The position numbers and the translations under genes were made by a program. DNA of 64,000 nt from Balanoglossus misakiensis. Lineage: Eukaryota > Animalia > Hemichordata. Positions within the stretch are counted from its first letter, which is position 1; each line of letters starts with the position of its first letter. Below are positions 1 through 13,309 of this stretch, in pieces. Below the pieces are notes generated by a model. That model saw only the letters and a list, made by a program, of their open reading frames with translations, made no database searches and was not told the origin of the DNA. Location: positions 5,941,705 to 6,005,704 of the forward strand of contig CM082587.2 in NCBI GenBank assembly GCA_040954595.2. The letters are read 5' to 3'.

Positions 1-3000
1 GCTATAACCCATGGTTTTTGTGAAAAAATGACCATTTTTTGATTTGCGGGAAAGTCGAAAATTTGTCATTTCTTGGTGATTTTCATGGGCTATAACCCAT
101 GGTTTTTGTGAAAAAATGACCATTTTTTGATTTGCGGGAAAGTCGAAAATTTGTCATTTCTGGGTGATTTTCATGGGCTATAACCCATGGTTTTTGTGAA
201 AAAATGACCATTTTTTGATTTGCGGGAAAGTCGAAAATTTGTCATTTCTGGGTGATTTTCATGGGCTATAACCCATGGTTTTTGTGAAAAAATGACCATT
301 TTTTGATTTGCGGGAAAGTCGAAAATTTGTCATTTCTGGGTGATTTTCATGGGCTATAACCCATGGTTTTTGTGAAAAAATGACCATTTTTTGATTTGCG
401 GGAAAGTCGAAAATTTGTCATTTCTGGGTGATTTTCATGGGCTATAACCCATGGTTTTTGTGAAAAAATGACCATTTTTTGATTTGCGGGAAAGTCGAAA
501 ATTTGTCATTTCTGGGTGATTTTCATGGGCTATAACCCATGGTTTTTGTGAAAAAATGACCATTTTTTGATTTGCGGGAAAGTCGAAAATTTGTCATTTC
601 TGGGTGATTTTCATGGGCTATAACCCATGGTTTTTGTGAAAAAATGACCATTTTTTGATTTGCGGGAAAGTCGAAAATTTGTCATTTCTGGGTGATTTTC
701 ATGGGCTATAACCCATGGTTTTTGTGAAAAAATGACCATTTTTTGATTTGCGGGAAAGTCGAAAATTTGTCATTTCTGGGTGATTTTCATGGGCTATAAC
801 CCATGGTTTTTGTGAAAAAATGACCATTTTTTGATTTGCGGGAAAGTCCAAAATTTGTCATTTCTGGGTGATTTTCATGGGCTATAACCCATGGTTTTTG
901 TGAAAATATGACCATTTTTTGATTTGCGGGAAAGTCGAAAATTTGTCATTTCTGGGTGATTTTCATGGGCTATAACCCATGGTTTTTGTGAAAAAATGAC
1001 CATTTTTTGATTTGCGGGAAAGTCCAAAATTTGTCATTTCTGGGTGATTTTCATGGGCTATAACCCATGGTTTTTGTGAAAAAATGACCATTTTTTGATT
1101 TGCGGGAAAGTCCAAAATTTGTCATTTCTGGGTGATTTTCATGGGCTATAACCCATGGTTTTTGTGAAAAAATGACCATTTTTTGATTTGCGGGAAAGTC
1201 GAAAATTTGTCATTTCTGGGTGATTTTCATGGGCTATAACCCATGGTTTTTGTGAAAAAATGACCATTTTTTGATTTGCGGGAAAGTCGAAAATTTGTCA
1301 TTTCTGGGTGATTTTCATGGGCTATAACCCATGGTTTTTGTGAAAAAATGACCATTTTTTGATTTGCGGGAAGTCGAAAATTTGTCATTTCTGGGTGATT
1401 TTCATGGGCTATAACCCATGTTTTTTGTGAAAAAATGACCATTTTTTGATTTGCGGGAAAGTCGAAAATTTGTCATTTCTGGGTGATTTTCATGGGCTAT
1501 AACCCATGGTTTTTGTGAAAAAATGACCATTTTTTGATTTGCGGGAAAGTCGAAAATTTGTCATTTCTGGGTGATTTTCATGGGCTATAACCCATGGTTT
1601 TTGTGAAAAAATGACCATTTTTTGATTTGCGGGAAAGTCGAAAATTTGTCATTTCTGGGTGATTTTCATGGGCTATAACCCATGGTTTTTGTGAAAAAAT
1701 GACCATTTTTTGATTTGCGGGAAAGTCGAAAATTTGTCATTTCTGGGTGATTTTCATGGGCTATAACCCATGGTTTTTGTGAAAAAATGACCATTTTTTG
1801 ATTTGCGGGAAAGTCGAAAATTTGTCATTTCTGGGTGATTTTCATGGGCTATAACCCATGGTTTTTGTGAAAAAATGACCATTTTTTGATTTGCGGGAAA
1901 GTCGAAAATTTGTCATTTCTGGGTGATTTTCATGGGCTATAACCCATGGTTTTTGTGAAAAAATGACCATTTTTTGATTTGCGGGAAAGTCCAAAATATG
2001 TCATTTCTGGGTGATTTTCATGGGCTATAACCCATGGTTTTTGTGAAAAAATGACCATTTTTTGATTTGCGGGAAAGTCCAAAATATGTCATTTCTGGGT
2101 GATTTTCATGGGCTATAACCCATGGTTTTTGTGAAAAAATGACCATTTTTTGATTTGCGGGAAAGTCCAAAATTTGTCATTTCTGGGTGATTTTCATGGG
2201 CTATAACCCATGGTTTTTGTGAAAAAATGACCATTTTTTGATTTGCGGGAAAGTCCAAAATATGTCATTTCTGGGTGATTTTCATGGGCTATAACCCATG
2301 GTTTTTGTGAAAAAATGACCATTTTTTGATTTGCGGGAAAGTCGAAAATTTGTCATTTCTGGGTGATTTTCATGGGCTATAACCCATGGTTTTTGTGAAA
2401 AAATGACCATTTTTTGATTTGCGGGAAAGTCCAAAATATGTCATTTCTGGGTGATTTTCATGGGCTATAACCCATGGTTTTTGTGAAAAAATGACCATTT
2501 TTTGATTTGCGGGAAAGTCCAAAATTTGTCATTTCTGGGTGATTTTCATGGGCTATAACCCATGGTTTTTGTGAAAAAATGACCATTTTTTGATTTGCGG
2601 GAAAGTCCAAAATATGTCATTTCTGGGTGATTTTCATGGGCTATAACCCATGGTTTTTGTGAAAAAATGACCATTTTTTGATTTGCGGGAAAGTCGAAAA
2701 TTTGTCATTTCTGGGTGATTTTCATGGGCTATAACCCATGGTTTTTGTGAAAAAATGACCATTTTTTGATTTGCGGGAAAGTCGAAAATTTGTCATTTCT
2801 GGGTGATTTTCATGGGCTATAACCCATGGTTTTTGTGAAAAAATGACCATTTTTTGATTTGCGGGAAAGTCGAAAATTTGTCATTTCTGGGTGATTTTCA
2901 TGGGCTATAACCCATGGTTTTTGTGAAAAAATGACCATTTTTTGATTTGCGGGAAAGTCGAAAATTTGTCATTTCTGGGTGATTTTCATGGGCTATAACC

Positions 3001-5678
3001 CATGGTTTTTGTGAAAAAATGACCATTTTTTGATTTGCGGGAAAGTCGAAAATTTGTCATTTCTGGGTGATTTTCATGGGCTATAACCCATGGTTTTTGT
3101 GAAAAAATGACCATTTTTTGATTTGCGGGAAAGTCGAAAATTTGTCATTTCTGGGTGATTTTCATGGGCTATAACCCATGGTTTTTGTGAAAAAATGACC
3201 ATTTTTTGATTTGCGGGAAAGTCGAAAATTTGTCATTTCTGGGTGATTTTCATGGGCTATAACCCATGGTTTTTGTGACAAAATGACCATTTTTTGATTT
3301 GCGGGAAAGTCGAAAATTTGTCATTTCTGGGTGATTTTCATGGGCTATAACCCATGGTTTTTGTGACAAAATGACCATTTTTTGATTTGCGGGAAAGTCG
3401 AAAATTTGTCATTTCTGGGTGATTTTCATGGGCTATAACCCATGGTTTTTGTGAAAAAATGACCATTTTTTGATTTGCGGGAAAGTCGAAAATTTGTCAT
3501 TTCTGGGTGATTTTCATGGGCTATAACCCATGGTTTTTGTGAAAAAATGACCATTTTTTGATTTGCGGGAAAGTCGAAAATTTGTCATTTCTGGGTGATT
3601 TTCATGGGCTATATAACCCATGGTTTTTGTGAAAAAATGACCATTTTTTGATTTGCGGGAAAGTCGAAAATTTGTCATTTCTGGGTGATTTTCATGGGCT
3701 ATAACCCATGGTTTTTGTGAAAAAATGACCATTTTTTGATTTGCGGGAAAGTCGAAAATTTGTCATTTCTGGGTGATTTTCATGGGCTATAACCCATGGT
3801 TTTTGTGAAAAAATGACCATTTTTTGATTTGCGGGAAAGTCGAAAATTTGTCATTTCTGGGTGATTTTCATGGGCTATAACCCATGGTTTTTGTGAAAAA
3901 ATGACCATTTTTTGATTTGCGGGAAAGTCGAAAATTTGTCATTTCTGGGTGATTTTCATGGGCTATAACCCATGGTTTTTGTGAAAAAATGACCATTTTT
4001 TGATTTGCGGGAAAGTCGAAAATTTGTCATTTCTGGGTGATTTTCATGGGCTATAACCCATGGTTTTTGTGAAAAAATGACCATTTTTTGATTTGCGGGA
4101 AAGTCCAAAATATGTCATTTCTGGGTGATTTTCATGGGCTATAACCCATGGTTTTTGTGAAAAAATGACCATTTTTTGATTTGCGGGAAAGTCCAAAATT
4201 TGTCATTTCTGGGTGATTTTCATGGGCTATAACCCATGGTTTTTGTGAAAAAATGACCATTTTTTGATTTGCGGGAAAGTCCAAAATATGTCATTTCTGG
4301 GTGATTTTCATGGGCTATAACCCATGGTTTTTGTGAAAAAATGACCATTTTTTGATTTGCGGGAAAGTCGAAAATTTGTCATTTCTGGGTGATTTTCATG
4401 GGCTATAACCCATGGTTTTTGTGAAAAAATGACCATTTTTTGATTTGCGGGAAAGTCCAAAATTTGTCATTTCTGGGTGATTTTCATGGGCTATAACCCA
4501 TGGTTTTTGTGAAAAAATGACCATTTTTTGATTTGCGGGAAAGTCGAAAATTTGTCATTTCTGGGTGATTTTCATGGGCTATAACCCATGGTTTTTGTGA
4601 AAAAATGACCATTTTTTGATTTGCGGGAAAGTCGAAAATTTGTCATTTCTGGGTGATTTTCATGGGCTATAACCCATGGTTTTTGTGAAAAAATGACCAT
4701 TTTTTGATTTGCGGGAAAGTCGAAAATTTGTCATTTCTGGGTGATTTTCATGGGCTATAACCCATGGTTTTTGTGAAAAAATGACCATTTTTTGATTTGC
4801 GGGAAAGTCGAAAATTTGTCATTTCTGGGTGATTTTCATGGGCTATAACCCATGGTTTTTGTGAAAAAATGACCATTTTTTGATTTGCGGGAAAGTCGAA
4901 AATTTGTCATTTCTGGGTGATTTTCATGGGCTATAACCCATGGTTTTTGTGAAAAAATGACCATTTTTTGATTTGCGGGAAAGTCGAAAATTTGTCATTT
5001 CTGGGTGATTTTCATGGGCTATAACCCATGGTTTTTGTGAAAAAATGACCATTTTTTGATTTGCGGGAAAGTCGAAAATTTGTCATTTCTGGGTGATTTT
5101 CATGGGCTATAACCCATGGTTTTTGTGAAAAAATGACCATTTTTTGATTTGCGGGAAAGTCGAAAATTTGTCATTTCTGGGTGATTTTCATGGGCTATAA
5201 CCCATGGTTTTTGTGAAAAAATGACCATTTTTTGATTTGCGGGAAAGTCGAAAATTTGTCATTTCTGGGTGATTTTCATGGGCTATAACCCATGGTTTTT
5301 GTGAAAAAATGACCATTTTTTGATTTGCGGGAAAGTCGAAAATTTGTCATCTCTGGGTGATTTTCATGGGCTATAACCCATGGTTTTTGTGAAAAAATGA
5401 CCATTTTTTGATTTGCGGGAAAGTCGAAAATTTGTCATCTCTGGGTGATTTTCATGGGCTATAACCCATGGTTTTTGTGAAAAAATGACCATTTTTTGAT
5501 TTGCGGGAAAGTCGAAAATTTGTCATCTCTGGGTGATTTTCATGGGCTATAACCCATGGTTTTTGTGAAAAAATGACCATTTTTTGATTTGCGGGAAAGT
5601 CGAAAATTTGTCATCTCTGGGTGATTTTCATGGGCTATAACCCATGGTTTTTGTGAAAAAATGACCATTTTTTGATTT
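1..5678. repeat. Tandem satellite DNA, 88-bp monomer, about 64.5 copies, continuing beyond the window start
   Basis: Monomer GCTATAACCCATGGTTTTTGTGAAAAAATGACCATTTTTTGATTTGCGGGAAAGTCGAAAATTTGTCATTTCTGGGTGATTTTCATGG recurs at 1, 89, 441, 881, 1321 and onward with very few variants. It ends abruptly at 5678. Confidence 0.99.
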
Positions 5679-6095
5679 AATGTCATAGATTTAAAACTAT
5701 TAATATTGTTGATAATAGTTTATAAGTAGCCTATTTGCATAATATACTGCACTGCAATGGCGAATCGTGGTCATTATCGCCCCATGTCAAATTCACCCAG
5801 TTGTAGTATGGACGTACGGGAGAGGGGAGGGAGAGACAGGCAGACACAGACAGCCAGAACGTCCTATGATTGTATTTCCAAATGTGTGGCCTCTGTTAAT
5901 AGTATTAGAGAAGTTGTACATACAACTGGGCGCATTTGACGCATTCCAGTTGAGTATTTATGTAAGAAGATCACTTTCCATTTAAATAATATCCATATCT
6001 ACAAATGTATTGGTAATTAAAATTAGTTTATTTAGAGTTTAAAATGTACATTGACTGGTTTTCAAGGAGTCTTGATCATTACTTACACACATTAA

Positions 6096-6131
6096 CTCTC
6101 ACTCTCTCTCACACTCTCTCTCTCTCTCTCT
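6096..6131. repeat. (CT)n microsatellite, interrupted
   Basis: Direct reading: ctctcactctctctcacactctctctctctctctct. Confidence 0.9.
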
Positions 6132-7373
6132 GTAAAATATAATGTAATTAGGTCTGAACAGTTACTTTTTTCGGAAGGAATATTTTGAAAATTGCAGTTA
6201 TTTGAGCGGGAACGACGTCGCCGACCCCTGCCAATCATTCGGCCAAATGGCGCCCTCAAGAATAACCCACTGAGTAATTACGCCGTGTTCATCCTCCATG
6301 TCTCTATAGACATCAGGGAATGGTGAGAAATTACATTCAGCGCGAGGGATCACAGCAGGACCGCTGAAAAAAAATTAACACCGTGATTAAATATTCATAT
6401 AGCCTGTACGCGCGACACATTAAAGTCATCACGCAGGCATCACACAGGTGGCGGTGGACGACAGCTACACGTCGCTATGGCAATCCCAAAAGCGTGTCGG
6501 ATTAACATGATTATGAGTAATTGGTCGGTTCAAGCCGTCTAATGAGATCACAACATTAGTAAAATGAAACCATGTTACATAAAGACATAATAGAGTTGCT
6601 CTTATGGCGTAAGCACGTCCAAGTCTGGCTAGCTACAATATATTGATACTATTGCATGATCAGGCCACAGTATCTGACGAGTGCACGGGTTCTGCTTGCA
6701 CGAAACTAACCAGTAACACACCGCCTATGTCAAAACTGCTTTAGTTCCCATTTACATGTAACCAGATCTTTTCAATATCAATAATAGCCAAAAAGATGTC
6801 AAATTCTATGTTTTAATAAGCTCATACACACACATTATATCTATTTAATGGAATCCTGTAATTTGCTGTGCATTATATTAAACTAGGAAGAATGCCGGGC
6901 TAATTACCAGGAGAAAAAATGCACTGCATAGATATGGAAGTAATGCGAGAAATACAATATACAGTTCAATACAAGATTTAAAACAGTCACGAAAATAATG
7001 CAAAAATACCAGCTTGGTGTATTGGTAAATGTAAGCTTATGCAACTACAAAATAAAAAAACACAATCATCGGATCATCTGACAGGTAAGTCTTCAATTTC
7101 CCCTCCAAAACCTACATCGTAATGGTGCCAGGAAGGGTTTCACCGAGAGAGGTGTGCAAAACCTTCGCGATCCGTGGGTCCATTCAAAACCCCCAAGGGT
7201 TTGTGTTTGGTAGTTGTATATTATTAAGTCGTTATAAAAGTGTGTAGTTTTCACGTTACAGTATTCCACATGGGCATTCCCTCCCCAAGACAGACGACGT
7301 AATTGTCTACGCCGCGCCTGACCGTAGTTTTTCATATTTTCATTTCCGGACAAAACGATTGAACGGCTCATCA

Positions 7374-8450
7374 TTAAAGGCCCATGAGCTGCAACTGGAT
7401 AAAAAAAATAGAACTTTTAATAATCTCGGATATGCTTTTACTTATGTCTATAAGAGGTTATATATCAAGATCAACACTTATAAATGGCCAAAAAATTAAA
7501 GTAAAATATCAGTACATGTACAGTCGAAAATTCCCTGAGTTCTAGTGGATGAGATTATGCTTTGTTTTATGAAGTTTCATAGTCAGAAATGCAACGTTTT
7601 CATTGTGTATATTGGGGTAGCCATTCGATATTGTTCAAGTGCATTTAGATGTACTTCGACTGTACACCAGACATACATGTAGTCTGGGTGGGTGATTATA
7701 ACATAGAACAGATACTATTTTATAGATGAGCCCCGGGAGATGAGCCCATCTTAATTCAAGCAGGCCAAAACCGCCGGAAACCCGTTTGGCACACTTAGAT
7801 TTTCTATAGTTTGGCCGAATGCCTTGTCTGACAATTCAGTGAGGATGCATCACCTGTACAATTCACAAATCCGAAGTTTCAAGGTCAAATTTTCTCTTTG
7901 TGGAGAAACATGCATTTCTTGCTAAGTACTTTGTACAGCATTTCATGAACTGTAAAGAAGTGGCCACTCTGAAAGAATACTTTACCCCCTTACGCTGGTG
8001 GCGATTACGTAACTCCTTGAGCCCTTCCGTCCTATTGGCAGGCTGAAATACCCAATTTGCATAATTTCAAACCAGACACAATATCCAGCGCCTTCGAGAC
8101 AACAAAACATCCTGAACTTGAAGGTCGTTCTGTCTGGGTCGGTCTACTTTTATCGCAGGTATGCAAGCTTTTCCTGCCACTGCCACCAAAAATAAATATG
8201 GGGGGAATTGTACATTTCTTCCCAGGGCTAAATGAGTTTCGATGTGGGAAAACATGCATCAGAATTTGCGGTGAAAAAAAAACATGGATGAGATTGCAAC
8301 ACACCGGCGGCCATCGTCACCTTTTCGCGCTGTCCATTCCCACATCGTCTCAGCCAGACTGGTTGTCAAAGTTCGCAGACGATAATTCCTTGGTGATTGG
8401 GCAGTGGAGATTTCATGACTGAGGCTTGAGGACCAAGAGCAAACATGGCT
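7374..8450 (-). mobile_element. Kolobok-like DNA transposon terminus, plus a possible decayed transposase C-terminal fragment
   Basis: TTAA followed by AGGCCCATGAGCTGCAACT at 7374-7396 fits Kolobok ends (TTAA TSD, 5'-RR). The minus-strand peptide QILMHVFPHRNSFSPG (about 8220-8270) loosely recalls the Kolobok motif FH..ILMY.PKR..FS. No matching second end was found nearby. Confidence 0.35.
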
Positions 8451-10461
8451 CTTCTGGTACCTGGGAAATGCCGTCTCAAAAAGTCTAGACACTATTTATT
8501 TTCACCCATTGTTCGGTGACCTCAGGTTGTTTAAACAACGGGAAATTTCCATCAGACTCGTGCGCAGCGATAGTCCAGAAGCCCGCCGCCCGCCCGATCG
8601 CAGCCATCACTCTGGCGTCACGTGCACACCTGGATTCCGAGAGAGTCCCGTGCCACCTGGGACTAGTATATCCGTCCCAGGTGCGACCAGCTCAAGTTGG
8701 CCATTACTGTAAACGGCTACTCAAAAACGCAATGTTCGCTATAGACGTATTAACGTTTAACCTAAGGATTTTTATTTAAGACTACAGCTTCAACATTTGT
8801 ACATACAATGCCATGTTGTATATTGATAGATGAAACAATGCCCTGATAAAAAAAGCGCAAAAGTGTTAATCTGTTAGCAGAATCACTAAAATTCAGCTAG
8901 TGAACTGCCAAGCCTTGTCTTTTCGTTCCTGGCACAGTTTTTGACTCCGTCAACCAAAGAACAATTTCCTTTCAGTGACGACAACTGTGGAAGTCGTCAA
9001 GCGATATCCGATCACACCTCCGAGGGCGTGATCGATATATTTTAAACGGTGCATGAATGGGAAAGGTCTCGGCTTGGCTAGGTCAATCGATCGTGAATGG
9101 TCGCGATATAGCGACATCATTTGGGACAATGTCCGAGAGAGCTAATTGATTGACCGTACGGCCGGCTGCACAAGACATATCACTACGATCGATATTTTTT
9201 CGAGACCGCAGGGAGAGGGCGAGAGAGGGGGGAGAGAGAAAGGGAGAGAGAGGGGGGGGGGAGGGAGGGAGAGTCATGTAAAATTTGTATTTTGAATCTT
9301 GATAAAATGTGAATAAGCGGAACACAAGCAACCATGTGACTATCATTATGCCCAGCGAGTGATTAATATTAATAAAGTAATATAATTAATGAGATAATTA
9401 TGCTTGGCGCACATCACTGGTTTACTACGTGGGCGTGCTCACCCCGAAAAAAAACAACAAATCTGTCCAACTATAGTTTATATTGTTCCGCTAATCCTTT
9501 TCATCAATAATTTGGTCAATATAGCTGTGGTCAGTTGGCCTTGCACGGGGTGACGGCATTTTCCGCTCCGGGCCGATCTTTGCTCCCTTCACCGACTTTC
9601 CCTTTGATACAGTCCAACAGAAGATAGTGTGATGACCCCTTGGCGGTCTGTGGCATGCTGTCCGACAGGTGAAATTGTCGCTACGCTGTCACCGTAGAAA
9701 AAAAAAGTTGGACGGTTTCGCAGCTCTAACGTTTCCAGTTCTCGCTAAACCTCGCGCCCTCACCTTGAGTCCCAATGTACGCCGAAATCAAGTTTTTTTT
9801 AGCTTACAAAGCGACCGAAATGCACACTCCTCTAATCGTTACATCCAAACTGTGAAATTCACCGTTTGGCTTTCAGTCCGTTCGTCACCCTCGTCCATCC
9901 ATCCCAAAATCCAACCAACCAAACAATCGATCCCCACTCGTGAAACACCGAGCACCCCGGTCTCTCTGATTTCTAGGCGATGTTCTTCGGGTAGGGAATC
10001 CCTTTTCCTGGAATCATTTTAAGGGTCTGGACTAACTACAGGCCGACCACACATACCGTTGGGATCGGGCGACGTATCTCTACCAAGTTCACGCTCCACC
10101 CCAGTATTCTTCACTTCCCCTCTAAGCTCTCGTACGTACTAGGTAAATGGAATTAAATATTTTTATTTTTATTTTCCACAAGTCGAATATAAGGGCGTGA
10201 ATTAAAGCAGTTGGCAGCAGGCAGAAACATCTGACTACATTCAAGTTGTCGTTTCCTACCGACTACTTTTTCTCAGCACTCCCGCCCAATCGTTTCTTAA
10301 AAGCTATTTTATTATACCACAACTGTATAGCCCCCCCCTCTCGATTCCACAACTGTTAAATTTTGCCGGTTGGTTTTGACTCCAGCTAAAATTAGGCGCG
10401 TAAAATTCGTCATTTTTTTTCTCTCGTGCAAATGCAGTTGTGATCCCATTCCATGTAAATG

Positions 10462-10848
10462 TAGTCTAGAATCTATCCGTTCGTAGTCGCATTCACCCTA
10501 CTACCGTCTAGGACCGCAGAACCAAAATCTAGTAAGGCCATAAAAATGGTAATTTGAATGTGAATAGTCTCCAACTGAGCAATCTGACGTCAAGCGTCAC
10601 CACGTGATCATGATTATGTATCATTCGGGGCGGAGCTACATTGTAAACATAATTAACATTCAACGTCATCATCTCACGGCCAATCAGTAGTCGGTCAACG
10701 TAAGTGATTGACTTCTCTGACGTCAGACTGCTCAGTTGGAGACTATTCACATTCAAATTACCATTTTTATGGCCTTACTAGATTTTGGTTCTGCGGTCCT
10801 AGACGGTAGTAGGGTGAATGCGACTACGAACGGATAGATTCTAGACTA
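10462..10848. mobile_element. 387-bp MITE with 131-bp terminal inverted repeats and 8-bp TSD (hAT-type)
   Basis: 10462-10592 is the reverse complement of 10718-10848 with one mismatch. Termini are TAG...CTA. The direct repeat TGTAAATG flanks both sides (10454-10461 and 10849-10856). Confidence 0.95.
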
Positions 10849-11185
10849 TGTAAATGCTGATTGTGGTTTGCAGTATCGATCGGGAGCGTGCCTGGCTTCC
10901 TCATTAATTCACAAAGCCAGACACACTTGTAGTGGTGACACGACCGTCTGCCTCATCTCGCCCATTTTCGATTACTGGTGTTACGTAACCTGTCTGACTG
11001 GCTGGCTGGCTGGCTGTCTGTCTGGCTTTTTTTGAAGAATGAACTTCGGATTTATGCAACGTGTGCTTGCTTTATGCAAAATAAAACTCGCGAATCCGGT
11101 CGAATAAAAAGCAAACCTTATAAAACCTTACAAAATTAGTACGGACTAAATAAAAATATAGCCAAAATAACAAGGAAGGAAAAAA

Positions 11186-11356
11186 ATCCATCCATCCATC
11201 CATCCATCCATCCATCCATACATACATACATACATACATACATACATACATACATACATACATACATACATACATACATACATACATACATACATACATA
11301 CATACATACATACATACATACATACATACATACATACATACATACATACATACATA
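11186..11356. repeat. Compound tetranucleotide microsatellite, about (ATCC)8 followed by (CATA)35
   Basis: Direct reading; it explains the MYVC/MDGW pseudo-ORFs in the track. Confidence 0.98.
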
Positions 11357-11849
11357 GAAAAAAATCTTATAGAGCTATTTGATTGAGAATGATATTATGA
11401 AGGGAATATGTTTTTGATAAAACTGCTGTATTCCGTTGTTGGATGCTGGTTTATGGCTACTTCTGTGGAGAACTGCTCGAGTGGTTGCGTCACACCAAGT
11501 ATAAAATCTCCCAGTTCAAATTTCCCTTGGACCCTCGTGTCTAGGAAGATGACAGCGTCAATGATGGAAATAGATTTTCTTTCTCCGTGATATTTCGTAT
11601 GTTGATAGGGGTCACTCGGCGAGCTGCAGCCACGAACGTGCTCGTTCAGACCTACTGCTCATGCGCCGAGAGTGGTGATTTCGCGCGTTTTGCATCTCCG
11701 GCTATGAGACTATCGGGTTGAGTTTTACTAGTAAAAACTCGTGGAAATCCATCGCTGACCTAGGCCAAATTTGTCGAACAAATTGAAGTTTCAACATTCC
11801 CTACTTATTGTTCGAGCCCCCACCCCTCCCAGGGAGACGGAAAGGCCCA

Positions 11850-12340
11850 GGTTTATTAAATATACTTTCCCCCAAGGTCGCGATGCCAAAAGCTGACCAG
11901 AAATTTCAAACCACACTGCGAAGGTGTGTCCACCGCATAGCGGAAGTGGATACAGACCCGTTAACTCACGCCGTTTTGCCTGCGAATATAGATTAATATT
12001 CCTCAATTCGATAAATGGTTTGTCATTGACATATTTTATCCCCCATTTGACAAGACAATATTTCAGAGTCGGGGACGACAGCCATGAACCTTGGAGTCGG
12101 CTCTGAGCCAAGTCAGAACATCAATGAGGGGATCAGGCAAAATATACAAACACCGTCTTGATTATTTGAAGATATATTGAAGGCCTTGTCGGCATTGTTT
12201 TAAAAAAATTCCAAAGTATGCGAAGTACAAAAAAATGGAATTATCGAGGTCTATCAAATCTGTGGACAAATGTTAAGTAGTGGATATAAATAGAAGACTC
12301 GACATTTGATGAATGAACTGTGGAAATGGATATGCTGATT
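11850..12340 (-). pseudogene. Decayed piggyBac-type DDE transposase fragment
   Basis: Minus-strand LQGSWLS...VKWGIK...NINLYSQAK...PLCGGHTFAV follows the order of the piggyBac core motifs FKGR.S / KWGIK / N..IY.GK / GH.L..DN. Upstream LIDV resembles SIDES. Catalytic residues are degenerate. Recognised by eye. Confidence 0.5.
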
Positions 12341-12955
12341 CGTTAATTTACAGGGGCCTATATGAGATCATGGTATGATATTGGTCTGGTCTCTCTCTCT
12401 CTCTGTCAAGCTTTAAAACGATAATCTCGGCGAATTTATTTTCGTGTGTGCAAGTCCCCTTCCCCGAAAATTTCGTGCGGCCGATTTTTGTCCAAAGTGT
12501 ATTTTAGTAAGGTGTTGAGAGACATAAATATCTTTCCCTCGCCAGGTGTTCGTTTTCGTCTTCTAGACAATACAGCTGGACAAGCAGGAAAGAGCAAAAA
12601 CCGGTGCGCCACACTTTTACTCGTCGTTTTTTCTCCGCGGCCAAATCAATTCCTAGTACAGTCCGAGCGGGAACGAATTTTCACAACCCTCAACATTTCC
12701 GTGTCCGCGCGCCATTGTGTCACGGAAACATGACGTCTACACACTCCGTCTGCAGCTACGCAGAGGCCCGGTGACGTCACGTCATCCGGACCACACAGGT
12801 TCCGTCGCCAACTGGACGTGTAAGTGTTTGGCAGGCGCAGGCCGACTTTATGACCGTGGAACTTGGCGTAGTGGATCGAATTCGAGGCGAAATCACCGAA
12901 ACTGTGCAAATTTCACACGGTATAAACGCCTCTGCACTGCTGGTCAATTCCAGGC

Positions 12956-13135
12956 ATGGCCGACAATCACATCGGTGCCGCGCTGTGCCTATCACTGGAG
13001 AAATTCTATTCACGTTCCGAAAAAGGAGTTTCTCTGACGAATGCAGATCTGGATCTTCTCGTTTCAGCCCAAGAATGTCGTGTAACCGGAGCTCGAAACA
13101 ATCACATACCCATGCATTGTTCTGAACACACCATC
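12956..13135 (+). pseudogene. Possible decayed THAP zinc-finger (transposon-derived)
   Basis: RCRAVP in one frame and SEKGVSL...CSEH in another resemble THAP C-x-x-C ... G.S...FP ... CS.HF; frameshifted. Confidence 0.25.
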
Positions 13136-13309
13136 CCAGCCCACCAGTGGCGGTCAGAACCTACACAAAACCGACATACAGCGACGGTAAAATTCACCCG
13201 GAAAATTTTCCGAAGCAGAAAACGCCTAGTAAGATCCCAGACGAACGCACATACAAACCGGGCCAATCGAAACGACGAACACACTCGGGGATTTAATTGT
13301 TTAAAGTGT

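Noticed and set aside
1-5678. CRISPR-like array, or coding ORFs at 1227-1442 and 3514-3732
   Set aside because: There are no unique spacers and no cas genes, and the context is eukaryotic. The ORFs arise from single indels in the satellite.
10655-10665. AACATTCAACG, matching the 5' end of miR-181a (a vertebrate NR6A1-locus miRNA)
   Set aside because: Only 11 nt match, it lies inside a MITE spacer in the wrong position, and there is no pre-miRNA hairpin.
11072-11355. MYVC/MDGW repeat proteins
   Set aside because: Translations of a tetranucleotide microsatellite.
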